DNA from: an uncultured Oscillospiraceae bacterium
Lineage (GTDB): Bacteria; Bacillota; Clostridia; Oscillospirales; Oscillospiraceae
Assembly: GCA_947623745.1 (NCBI GenBank)
Contig: CANQHN010000008.1
Coordinates: forward strand, 1,387 to 65,386
Reading direction: 5' to 3'
Length of the DNA: 64,000 nucleotides
In this document: in pieces, positions 48,203 to 56,109 of the stretch
Position numbering within the stretch: position 1 is the first letter of the stretch
Layout: each line of letters begins with the position of its first letter
The notes under the pieces: model-generated
The model's input: the letters and a program-made list of their open reading frames with translations, nothing else
Databases searched by the model: none
Told to the model about the DNA's origin: nothing
Made by a program: the position numbers and the translations under genes

Positions 48203-48754
48203 ATGAAATATGTGTTTACGGACAAGAAAGTGAACCTGCCCAATTTCATCCACAACTACGCGGAGAAAAAGGTGGGCAAGCTGGACCGTTTCTTTAGGGA
48301 GGATGCCACCGCCGCAATTACGTTCAGCGTGGAGAAGGACCGGCTCAACAAGGTGGAGATCACCATCCGGTCCAGCGGCACCATCTACCGGGTGTCCGAG
48401 AGCACCTCCGATATGCGCGCCTCGATCGACGCGGCGGTCTCCACCCTGGAGCGCCAGATTCGCCGGAACAAGACCCGCCTGGAGAAGCGCCTGCGCCAGG
48501 GCGCTTTCGAGCGCAGCGTGGACGCGGCGGAGGTCTCCTCCTTCGCCCCCGAGGAGCCGGAGGAGGGCGAGTACCGCCTGGTGCGCAGCAAGAAGTTCCC
48601 CATCAAACCGATGACTCGGGAGGAGGCCATCCTCCAGATGAACCTGCTGGAGCACAGCTTCTTCGCTTTCAAGGACGAGGAGTCCGACGGGGCCTTCGCC
48701 GTGGTCTACCGCCGCAACGACGGCGGCTACGGTCTGATCGAGGACGAGACTTGA
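48203..48754 (+). CDS. hpf: Ribosome hibernation promoting factor (long HPF)
   Basis: YAEKKVGKLDRFF, DMRASID, KPMTREEAILQMNLLEH.FF. Confidence 0.93.
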   Translation: MKYVFTDKKVNLPNFIHNYAEKKVGKLDRFFREDATAAITFSVEKDRLNKVEITIRSSGTIYRVSESTSDMRASIDAAVSTLERQIRRNKTRLEKRLRQGAFERSVDAAEVSSFAPEEPEEGEYRLVRSKKFPIKPMTREEAILQMNLLEHSFFAFKDEESDGAFAVVYRRNDGGYGLIEDET

Positions 48755-48767
48755 GCATAAAATTAAG

Positions 48768-48800
48768 ACAGGGCGCCCGCACAGCGGGCGCCCTGTTTTT
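48768..48800 (+). terminator. Rho-independent terminator
   Basis: ACAGGGCGCCCGC-ACA-GCGGGCGCCCTGT plus T run. Confidence 0.85.
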
Positions 48801-48984
48801 GGATTTGGCAAAAAAATCGGAGCGGCGGAATGAATGAGCTCTGACTTTTAAAAAAAGTCGGAGCGAACGATATGTAGTCCGCTCCGACTTGTGTTCCGTG
48901 GTCAGGTTGGAGAACGCATTTTGCTATATTCTGCCACTAAGTTGACTATGACACGGAAGCACCAATTTTGCGATTTTCTGATGT

Positions 48985-49051
48985 TTCAGTGGAACAGCCT
49001 GCCTGTTGAGAGTTTGCTAAATTTGCACGGATAATTTGAAAATGGGTGCAG
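48985..49051. repeat. 67-bp att-like direct repeat R1
   Basis: 53/67 ungapped identity by hand count to 50973-51039. Confidence 0.75.
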
Positions 49052-49064
49052 GACTCCATCTGTA

Positions 49065-49190
49065 TTAAATCTTCACGGTGATTACCTCGCCATTTGTAAG
49101 ATGAAACTCTGTTTGTCGGTTTTTTGTGGATGATCACTTCCTCCACCGGTTCATACCACAAAGCGTTAATCCGAGAAGTGGTGTGGGCCA
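49065..49190 (-). pseudogene. Remnant 3' end of a serine recombinase gene
   Basis: With one frameshift in an A6 run it reads ALWYEPVEEVIIHK/NRQTEFHLTNGEVITVKI*, resembling RWRETVESVTVYQDQRMVFHFKDGTEAEVHL* of the 52502 recombinase. Confidence 0.5.
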
Positions 49191-49192
49191 TT

Positions 49193-50689
49193 TTATTCAC
49201 GCGCTACGCAGCGAAGCTGATGGCCGTGCGAGCTTCCACTCCATTCATCGGGTATCGCTCTTCTTGTTCCACGTCCGAGTTCTATATCCAATGCGTTTGC
49301 TCCATAGCCATATGAATTCCAGTAAAATCCATAGTTCGCCCATGTCCACGCTCCATCTATTATTACAGCATTAGTATTAAATTGCGGCATGTTATTACTT
49401 CTATCCTCCACAAGTTGCGAAAAATCGTTGCTGTATGCTTCGGCAAGAGCAGTAAATTCTCCGTTTATAGGCAAGCTCCACCCTTTTGGACAGACGGATT
49501 CTTCAGCCGCGCCTTGCTCCGTAAGTTTCTCACTGCTTCCTGCAGTGGCAGCATTCCATGAATAATAAGCATTTCCTTCTTCGGAAATATAGAAATATGG
49601 GTCATGCCACGACGAGTGAAAAGTAAATGCACTTTGAGGTATTTCGAAGGCACAATCCTTAACATCTGAGTCAATTGGCGTCAATTTTCGATCGGTCAAT
49701 TTTTCATCGCCAAATCGCAGGTCTTGTGTCATCCAGCATTTGCCATCTTTCAGTTTTGCCACCGAATAAGTATTGCCGTCTCTCGCATCAACTAGGGTTG
49801 TGAAGCCACCATCCGACAATGAGCTACATTGGAAAGTTTGCATCCATCGTTGACTCCCCTCTGGCTTCCATACGCCGAGCAGTGTAGCTTCATTCTCTCC
49901 GTCGGCCAAAGGATACCCAGTCCCGGCTTTGTAGACAATATTATCTGCGCAAGCGCCGGTCTCAGCATTTTTCTTGCACCATCCTTGAAAAACATAGTTT
50001 GGTTTTTTCTGATTGGTGTTTAGTAACGTTACAGTAGGCTCAGTAGTTGTGCCTTGAGAAGTGTTATCTGTTGTACCACAGTTGCACCCGTCATATGAAA
50101 TGTTATAGTTTACTGTATTTGCTGTGGCAGTTATCGTAAAGGTATTAGAATAATTACCCGCGGGTTGGTTTGTATTCACTTTAGCACCAATAGTAAAGCT
50201 GTAATCATGATTACCACTTGCATTAGTCGTATCTAGCGTTTCCTTCGTTGTGGGTCCAGGTTGAAAATTATTATTGCTTATATTAGCATTATCTTTACCG
50301 AACTTGTAGCCCCAGGCATTATCTGGGAAGTTTGTTTTACTTTTCGCCTCAGTGATAGACGCTATAGTATTGCCTTCTTTGGAGGTTAATACGTTCTTAC
50401 TATTCTTAGACTGAATACTTAAGACATATCCCCAATGTGCATCGCCTTTTACGGATACTTTACCGCTAGCCTCAGAGAACCCACCGGACGCAGAAGCATT
50501 AACTGTGAGTGGATTGGTGGGGATTTCTATGGTGAGCGAGGCGGCGGAGACAGTCTGCGCCCCAAGCGCAGATAATGCAGCCATGACCACCACCCCCACT
50601 AAGCCCCATTTCTGTGCCAACGGGAGAAGTATTGAGCCGCTGGCACAGAGATGACGCTTAGTTTTGATACATTTGGGGATGATTTTCAT
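49193..50689 (-). CDS. Surface protein: N-terminal TM/signal, beta-rich domain, InlB B-repeat-like segment, FISUMP (Fib_succ_major-like) C-terminal domain
   Basis: LVDARDGNTYSVAKLKDGKCWMTQDLR, YYSWNAATAG, SVCPKGWSLP, LRCVA; NYVFQGW. Confidence 0.78.
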   Translation of the reverse strand: MKIIPKCIKTKRHLCASGSILLPLAQKWGLVGVVVMAALSALGAQTVSAASLTIEIPTNPLTVNASASGGFSEASGKVSVKGDAHWGYVLSIQSKNSKNVLTSKEGNTIASITEAKSKTNFPDNAWGYKFGKDNANISNNNFQPGPTTKETLDTTNASGNHDYSFTIGAKVNTNQPAGNYSNTFTITATANTVNYNISYDGCNCGTTDNTSQGTTTEPTVTLLNTNQKKPNYVFQGWCKKNAETGACADNIVYKAGTGYPLADGENEATLLGVWKPEGSQRWMQTFQCSSLSDGGFTTLVDARDGNTYSVAKLKDGKCWMTQDLRFGDEKLTDRKLTPIDSDVKDCAFEIPQSAFTFHSSWHDPYFYISEEGNAYYSWNAATAGSSEKLTEQGAAEESVCPKGWSLPINGEFTALAEAYSNDFSQLVEDRSNNMPQFNTNAVIIDGAWTWANYGFYWNSYGYGANALDIELGRGTRRAIPDEWSGSSHGHQLRCVARE

Positions 50690-50773
50690 GACCTACCTCG
50701 CTTAATATTGTTTGACGCAGGTCATTTCTGTTACTTTTTGCGCTGGTGGGGCTTTCGCCCCATTCACTATAAC

Positions 50774-50927
50774 AAAAATGGCACCGCAAGGGTGCATTAC
50801 TATATTATCTATCGATCAACTCGCCCAAAGGCATGCCGTAAATAGACAACCAGTACCTTGTGGTGCCATTTTTATTTATTTACGGCTATAAATGTGCTGA
50901 TCGTTAATATAAATAATATAGTAATGC
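50774..50927 (-). ncRNA. Candidate structured 5' leader RNA
   Basis: Three interleaved inverted repeats (19+8, 10, 18 bp); begins about 7 nt after TG-n-TATAAT (50934-50942). Confidence 0.5.
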
Positions 50928-50972
50928 TCTTTCATTATAGCACACATTTTTATTTGTGCGAAAAAAACGGCC

Positions 50973-51039
50973 TTCAGTGAGGCGGTCTGGCCGTTGAAGA
51001 TTTGCTAAATTTACATGGATAATTTGAAAATAGGTGTAG
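50973..51039. repeat. 67-bp att-like direct repeat R2
   Basis: TTTGCTAAATTT and GGATAATTTGAAAAT shared with R1. Confidence 0.75.
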
Positions 51040-51096
51040 TTTATACTGCTTCAATGAATGCTGAAACTAAGATCGCTGCGGTATTTTGCTGCATAG

Positions 51097-51128
51097 GAAA
51101 CTCCCCCGGAGAGAGTTGGGGGAGTTTC
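51097..51128 (-). terminator. Terminator-like hairpin after the cell-wall-anchored gene
   Basis: GAAACTCCCCC...GGGGGAGTTTC. Confidence 0.65.
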
Positions 51129-51171
51129 ACAATTTAACCTTTCTAACTCAGAGAGCTAGAAGCTCAGAGAG

Positions 51172-52287
51172 TTAGCGGTTGGATTTCTTGGCTACGAAAG
51201 CGGTAGCACCAAGGCCGAGCAGAGCTACGGTAGCAATTGTCAGGTAAGTGGCAATCGTATCAGCAGTGTTCGGGTTCTCAGCGTCGTCATCGGTTGGGTC
51301 TTCTGGCTCGTCGGTCGGGTCAACAACAGCATCGTCAATGGTGTTGTAGGCAGTCAAAGCCGCCAAATTAGCTTCGGTCGAAGTCTTGCCGTCAACAGAC
51401 CATTCAGCAAAGGTTACTTTGCCATTGTTGTTGTAAACATGCTTATCTTCGCCTTCGGTGGACAAATCAACGTTAGCGAGAACGAAGCTCTTCAGAGCAC
51501 CATACTTCTTTGCATCGTCTTTATTTTTTGGCGAGAGACCAAACACGGCTTTGTAGTCGAGAGGAGCGGTCACTTCTTTACCATCAACAGCGATAGTGTT
51601 ATTCTCTTCACTTGCAAGCGTGCTCTTAGAGACGTTCACGGTAATAGCATTGGCGGGAGCATCAGCAGACTCAATCAACAGAGCATTGCCAGTGCCGGCG
51701 TTAAGGGTAGCGCCTTTAGCAATAAAATCACCACCGGAAACCTTCACAGCATAGCCATCAGTGTCAATGAGACCGTTAACGGTAGTCTTACCGGCGCTCA
51801 TCCAAATACCATTGGCACCATTGATTTCACCATTAACCGTCACTTCGCCGTTGCTGTTGATTGCAAGTGCTTTGCCGCTATCAACAGTAACATTCTCACC
51901 GATAGTAACCGTTGCTTCGTCGCCAACAACCTTAATCGCATCGCCAGTTACATTAGCAAACGACACAAGAGCTTCACTATCGGAAACAATAGTAAGTTTA
52001 CCGTTGATAATCAACGAATGACCTTTGAATTTCAGTTCACCGCCGTTGAGGTCAAGGGTAACATCCTTATTGATGGTTACATCGCCAGAGGCGAATGTAT
52101 CATCATTCTCATTAAAATCGTCGGTAAGCTTGCAGGTCTTTGTTTCTTCTGTTGTCTGAAGACAACCGCGAAGTGTCTGGACTGCATCGTATTGCGTAGC
52201 TGCTTGTTCTTCTGGCGCAGCGAACACGCTTGGTACTATAGCCATACCAGCAATGAATGCCGCTACGGGAATAATAGATTTCTTCAT
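51172..52287 (-). CDS. Secreted beta-helix-like protein with LPXTG-like anchor (NPNTAD)
   Basis: Signal peptide ending VFA; acidic DPTDEPED linker; NPNTAD, TM helix, KKSNR tail. Confidence 0.78.
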   Translation of the reverse strand: MKKSIIPVAAFIAGMAIVPSVFAAPEEQAATQYDAVQTLRGCLQTTEETKTCKLTDDFNENDDTFASGDVTINKDVTLDLNGGELKFKGHSLIINGKLTIVSDSEALVSFANVTGDAIKVVGDEATVTIGENVTVDSGKALAINSNGEVTVNGEINGANGIWMSAGKTTVNGLIDTDGYAVKVSGGDFIAKGATLNAGTGNALLIESADAPANAITVNVSKSTLASEENNTIAVDGKEVTAPLDYKAVFGLSPKNKDDAKKYGALKSFVLANVDLSTEGEDKHVYNNNGKVTFAEWSVDGKTSTEANLAALTAYNTIDDAVVDPTDEPEDPTDDDAENPNTADTIATYLTIATVALLGLGATAFVAKKSNR

Positions 52288-52326
52288 TCATTCTCCTTCA
52301 TGAAGATTATTTGATATTACACATTA

Positions 52327-52379
52327 ATTTTATCAAATTGATATATTATTGTCAATAGCTTTTTGTGCATATTGCACAA
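52327..52379 (-). promoter_or_regulatory. Sigma-70 promoter with upstream palindrome
   Basis: TTGACA-17-TAAAAT (52355-52327); TTGTGCA-N3-TGCACAA at 52363-52379. Confidence 0.65.
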
Positions 52380-52501
52380 TTTTGTCTGCGTTAGGGATTG
52401 TCATATTGGAATAGGGCTTTGCGGTACTTACATTGTGAAAAAGCGCCGCAAAATTGCGACGCTTTGAAAATAAAGTACAGAATGTGCTGGCTCAAATGGT
52501 G

Positions 52502-53782
52502 CTACAGATGAACCTCTGCCTCTGTACCATCTTTGAAGTGAAATACCATCCGCTGGTCTTGGTATACCGTAACGGACTCCACCGTTTCCCGCCAACGCTG
52601 GTCACTGTAGGAACAGTCGGAATCACCGATTATCTTGCGGGCAGCTTCAAATGCGGCCTGTATCTCATGCTCACGCAGAATCGGCGTGGCGCATTTATCG
52701 GTTTTTCCATACCTGTGGTTACAGTACCATACGGTATAGCGATCTGTGTTCCCCCGGTTGTGCCAGACCTTGCTGCCATAGAAGCTTCCGCAGTCTCCGC
52801 AGACGAGTTTTGCGCTAAAGGGATAATCATCCCGGAGCCGCGCAGCATATGGCTTGCGTAAGGCGATCATCTCCTGTACACGCTCGAAAGTTTCCGGGTC
52901 GATGATCGGTTCGTGAGAATTGCGCACGATATACTGTTTCATTTCCCCCCGGTTTTTCCGAACCTTCTTCGAGAGGTAGTCTACCGTATAGGTCTTCTGG
53001 AGGATAGCCTCTCCCTTATATTTCTCATTGGTGAGAATGTTCTCCACGGTAGAGGTGGGCCAAATTGTCCGCCCTTTGGGTGTAGGGATACCGCGCACCG
53101 TCAGAGACTTTGCGATGTGGCGGACCGTCATGCCTGAAAGGAACATATCGTAAATCTCACGCACAATTTTCGCTTCTTCCTCTACGATTTCCGGTCTGCC
53201 ATCCGGCCCTTTCCTGTAGCCGAGGAAAGCAGAGTAAGCAATGTGGACTTTGCCATCCTTCATGCTTTTTTGCTGTCCCCAGCGGACGTTTTCGCTGATA
53301 GAGCGGCTTTCCTCCTGCGCCAATGAGCTCATGATGGTAAGCATCACCTCGCATTTGGGATCGAAGGTGCGGAGGTTTTCTTTCTCGAAAATCACCTCCA
53401 CGCCTGCCTCCTTTAGCTGGCGGACAGTTGAGAGCGTGTCCACCGTGTTCCGGGCAAACCGGGAAATGGATTTTGTCAGGATCAGATCGATCCCGCCACT
53501 TAAGGCAAGGTTGATCATCTGATTGAATCCATCACGGTTTTTGGTATTGGTACCAGTGATCCCGGCATCGGAAAACACGCCAATGAACTCCCAGAGAGGA
53601 TTGCCCTTAATGTACTCGGTGTAATATTGCACTTGCGCTTCATAGCTGTTTTGTTGCTCATCCTGCTCGGTAGAGACACGGGCGTAAGCCGCTACGCGAA
53701 GCCTTTGCGTGACAGGGGAATCAGACCGCTCAACAATCTGTTTGATCGGCTCAATTTCCTCTACTTCTGGCGTATAATTCAC
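52502..53782 (-). CDS. Large serine recombinase 1
   Basis: VAAYARVST, TKSISRFARN, Zn ribbon CGDCGS; GTG start at 53782 in GTGA overlap with AAGGAG RBS. Confidence 0.92.
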   Translation of the reverse strand: MNYTPEVEEIEPIKQIVERSDSPVTQRLRVAAYARVSTEQDEQQNSYEAQVQYYTEYIKGNPLWEFIGVFSDAGITGTNTKNRDGFNQMINLALSGGIDLILTKSISRFARNTVDTLSTVRQLKEAGVEVIFEKENLRTFDPKCEVMLTIMSSLAQEESRSISENVRWGQQKSMKDGKVHIAYSAFLGYRKGPDGRPEIVEEEAKIVREIYDMFLSGMTVRHIAKSLTVRGIPTPKGRTIWPTSTVENILTNEKYKGEAILQKTYTVDYLSKKVRKNRGEMKQYIVRNSHEPIIDPETFERVQEMIALRKPYAARLRDDYPFSAKLVCGDCGSFYGSKVWHNRGNTDRYTVWYCNHRYGKTDKCATPILREHEIQAAFEAARKIIGDSDCSYSDQRWRETVESVTVYQDQRMVFHFKDGTEAEVHL

Positions 53783-55095
53783 TTTAACTCCTTCCGGTGT
53801 TGTTCCAGTGCCTTTTCCCGTGCGGCCTGCCGCATCTCCGGGGTCCAGCTTTCCCGCCTTGAATGGTGTTGCCATATAACGTCAACCTCCTTTCCGTTTT
53901 TTAGATAGTAGACAAGATGATAATGCTCTGGAACTACGATTTTCCAAATACTGGCTTCTACGGTTTCCCAATCCAGATGTTCTGTACCAAGGGTTTCCGC
54001 CGTTTTTTCGATCAGAATCTTCTCGGGGATATTCTGTGCAGGGCATACCTGTTTACCCAGCTTGTTATAACTGGGGCAAACCCATATGTTCCTTTTGCCG
54101 TTCTGTCCACTTGTTTTGCAACGCTGATAGATCCGTCCGCAAAGGCCGCAATGAATCAGCCCCCGAAACAGAGACTGTCCCACCTCATTATTCTGCGTGG
54201 GCTTGTAGTATTGTGATTGGCGTCTTTTCATCTCATTTTGTACTGCATCGAACACCTCCTGTTCAATAATCGGCTCGTGGCTATGCCAAACACGGTACAT
54301 TTTCACCTCCCCATGATTTTCTTTTGTCTTTTTGGTGCGAAAATCTGTACGATAGGTTTTTTGGAGGATCATGTTGCCGGTATAGTCTTCGTTGGTCAGA
54401 ATATGTCGAACCGACGAGATATTCCAAGGCCTTCCCAATTGCGTGGGAACTCCGCGCAACGACAGTTCTTTGGCAATGTGGGTCAATCCGTGACCAGAAA
54501 GGTACTCTGCATAAATCCAGCGTACAATTTCTGCTTCCTCCGGTATAACAGATAATCTGCCATTTTCCAGGTGGTATCCTAACATCCGTCCCACCCACGG
54601 TTCACCTTTCTTGAACTTCTTCTGTATCCGCCATTTCTGGTTTTCACTGGCGGATCTGGCTTCTTCCTCTGCATACATGGCGAGAAGCGTAAGGAGAAGC
54701 TCACCATCCGGGCTGATAGAGTGCATCTGCTCTTTCTCAAAGTAGCAGTCGATGCCGAGGTCTTTCAGTTCCCGAATCGTTTGCAGTAGGATGACCGTAT
54801 TCCGGGCAAACCGGGTGACGGACTTCGTGATCACGAGGTCGATTTTCCCGGCGCGGCAATCTACCAGCATCCGTTGGAACTCCGGACGGTTGATGATCGT
54901 GCCGGAGATCCCGTTGTCTGAATAGATGTTTACCAGTTGCCAATCAGGATGCTTTGCGACATACTTTTCATAATAGTCTATTTGGGCTTCCAGTGAATGA
55001 AAGGCCGCATCCTTATCTGCCGAGACGCGGGCATAAGCCGCGACACGGGTGATCTTACGTTCCTTTGATTTTGCAGGTATCTCAGTGATTTCCAT
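53779..55095 (-). CDS. Large serine recombinase 2
   Basis: VAAYARVS, TKSVTRFARN, IHCGLCG. Confidence 0.92.
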   Translation of the reverse strand: MEITEIPAKSKERKITRVAAYARVSADKDAAFHSLEAQIDYYEKYVAKHPDWQLVNIYSDNGISGTIINRPEFQRMLVDCRAGKIDLVITKSVTRFARNTVILLQTIRELKDLGIDCYFEKEQMHSISPDGELLLTLLAMYAEEEARSASENQKWRIQKKFKKGEPWVGRMLGYHLENGRLSVIPEEAEIVRWIYAEYLSGHGLTHIAKELSLRGVPTQLGRPWNISSVRHILTNEDYTGNMILQKTYRTDFRTKKTKENHGEVKMYRVWHSHEPIIEQEVFDAVQNEMKRRQSQYYKPTQNNEVGQSLFRGLIHCGLCGRIYQRCKTSGQNGKRNIWVCPSYNKLGKQVCPAQNIPEKILIEKTAETLGTEHLDWETVEASIWKIVVPEHYHLVYYLKNGKEVDVIWQHHSRRESWTPEMRQAAREKALEQHRKELK

Positions 55096-55142
55096 GGTTT
55101 ACCCCTCCTTCGTACCATACATCACTCTGTTGAGCAGGAAAG

Positions 55143-55439
55143 TCAACGATGTTTTTCGATGACTCTTCGGTTGTTTTTCCACCACTCTATTCGGCATTCA
55201 TCCGAACAAAACTGGCGGATTCTGCAATCTGTATCCGGTAGGATACGGTGACAATTTCTGCAAAGCTGAACGCTATGTTTCTCAGCTTTGGTTTTGCGCT
55301 TGCCAGAAGCAGGGAATCCCTTTCTCCGGCAAACCGATTTTACGGTGTTGGACGGCAAACCCAGCGCCCGCCCAATAAAGCTGTACGGATAGTTGAGAGC
55401 CCGCAGCTCTGCGATCCGCTCTAGTTGCTGTGCCGTCAT
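55143..55439 (-). CDS. Small HTH plus Zn-ribbon protein upstream of the recombinases
   Basis: IGRALGLPSNTVKSVCRR, CRNC...FCSDECR. Confidence 0.7.
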   Translation of the reverse strand: MTAQQLERIAELRALNYPYSFIGRALGLPSNTVKSVCRRKGFPASGKRKTKAEKHSVQLCRNCHRILPDTDCRIRQFCSDECRIEWWKNNRRVIEKHR

Positions 55440-55447
55440 AACGATGG

Positions 55448-55496
55448 CCTCCTTTCTTTGGTTGATTTAATATTATTTGGTACCCCTTGCGGGGCA
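55448..55496 (-). repeat. Hairpin-plus-RBS leader motif, copy a
   Basis: TGCCCCG-N3/4-GGGGT(A/G)CCA...AATC..AAA.GAA.GGAGG. Confidence 0.65.
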
Positions 55497-55551
55497 TGTC
55501 ATCCCCAGCTCTATGAGAGCTGGGGAGAGTGGTAAAGTGCGTAATGTGCGG

Positions 55552-55785
55552 TTACTTGTCCGTGATTTTACGGACACGATCCTCGCCGTAGGCTATACCG
55601 AGGCCGGAGCCGTAGTCCCAGCGGACGAAAATCGTGCCGATATCGTCCACTGCCGAAACTGTGCCCCGATCCCCGGGCTTCAGCCTGGAATATGGATCGT
55701 TCATGGAGATGAGCTCCACGCGGGTCCCTTGCGGGTACTCCTTCCGCAGACGCTCTACGGTTTCACGGCTGGGAAACTGGTTCAT
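55552..55785 (-). CDS. DUF4314-like protein
   Basis: YPQGTRVELISMNDPY..L.PGDRGTV..VDDIGTIFVRWD.GS.LG. Confidence 0.75.
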   Translation of the reverse strand: MNQFPSRETVERLRKEYPQGTRVELISMNDPYSRLKPGDRGTVSAVDDIGTIFVRWDYGSGLGIAYGEDRVRKITDK

Positions 55786-56108
55786 TCCGAATCCTCCTTT
55801 CCGTCTGGAACAGCGATCTCAGCGATGGGGAAAACGTCATAATTGCCGTTATCGCCCAGCGCCGCTAAGATCTCCCGTTGCTTGGACTCTGTAAGGTCGT
55901 CCCAAAAGATTTGGATTGCCTGCCCGTCTGCCGGGGCAATTTCCTCGGCAACAGCCTGGACACCATCTTGGATATATCCACCGTCCAGTTCAACCTCGCC
56001 ACCCATATAGCGGCAGATGGCTTCGTCCATTGCCTCAACATCCGACTCTGCCTCGATCTCTACCGTGGCAGTGAGCAGTTTGGACAGGGTAACTTTGAAT
56101 TTTTTCAT
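55782..56108 (-). CDS. Hypothetical protein (DpnD/PcfM-like N-terminus)
   Basis: MKKFKVTLSKLLTATVEIEAESDVEA; GGAGG RBS. Confidence 0.55.
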   Translation of the reverse strand: MKKFKVTLSKLLTATVEIEAESDVEAMDEAICRYMGGEVELDGGYIQDGVQAVAEEIAPADGQAIQIFWDDLTESKQREILAALGDNGNYDVFPIAEIAVPDGKEDSE

Positions 56109-56109
56109 C

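Noticed and set aside
15463-48811. Many long antisense or alternate-frame ORFs (for example 15463-17784, 18051-20240, 21410-23113, 34788-36803, 38017-40038)
   Set aside because: Shadows of well-supported genes in high-GC3 DNA, with no motifs or RBS and biased V/G/L/H or P/R/G composition
48850-48960. Possible tRNA at the element junction
   Set aside because: No T-loop (TTCGA), anticodon arm or cloverleaf on either strand
48946-49200. 84-aa ORF as a real gene
   Set aside because: Composite of a frameshifted recombinase remnant and the non-coding repeat R1
49193-50689. FISUMP gene as a diversity-generating retroelement target
   Set aside because: No reverse transcriptase and no template repeat with adenine-specific mismatches in the window; R1/R2 lie outside the gene
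52441-52480. Third full copy of the 67-bp repeat
   Set aside because: Only the 10-bp TTTGAAAATA core matches; upstream alignment is near random, so it is kept only as weak support
53783-53875. N-terminal extension of recombinase 1 from ATG 53875
   Set aside because: Overlaps recombinase 2 by 97 bp; GTG 53782 has an RBS and a canonical GTGA overlap
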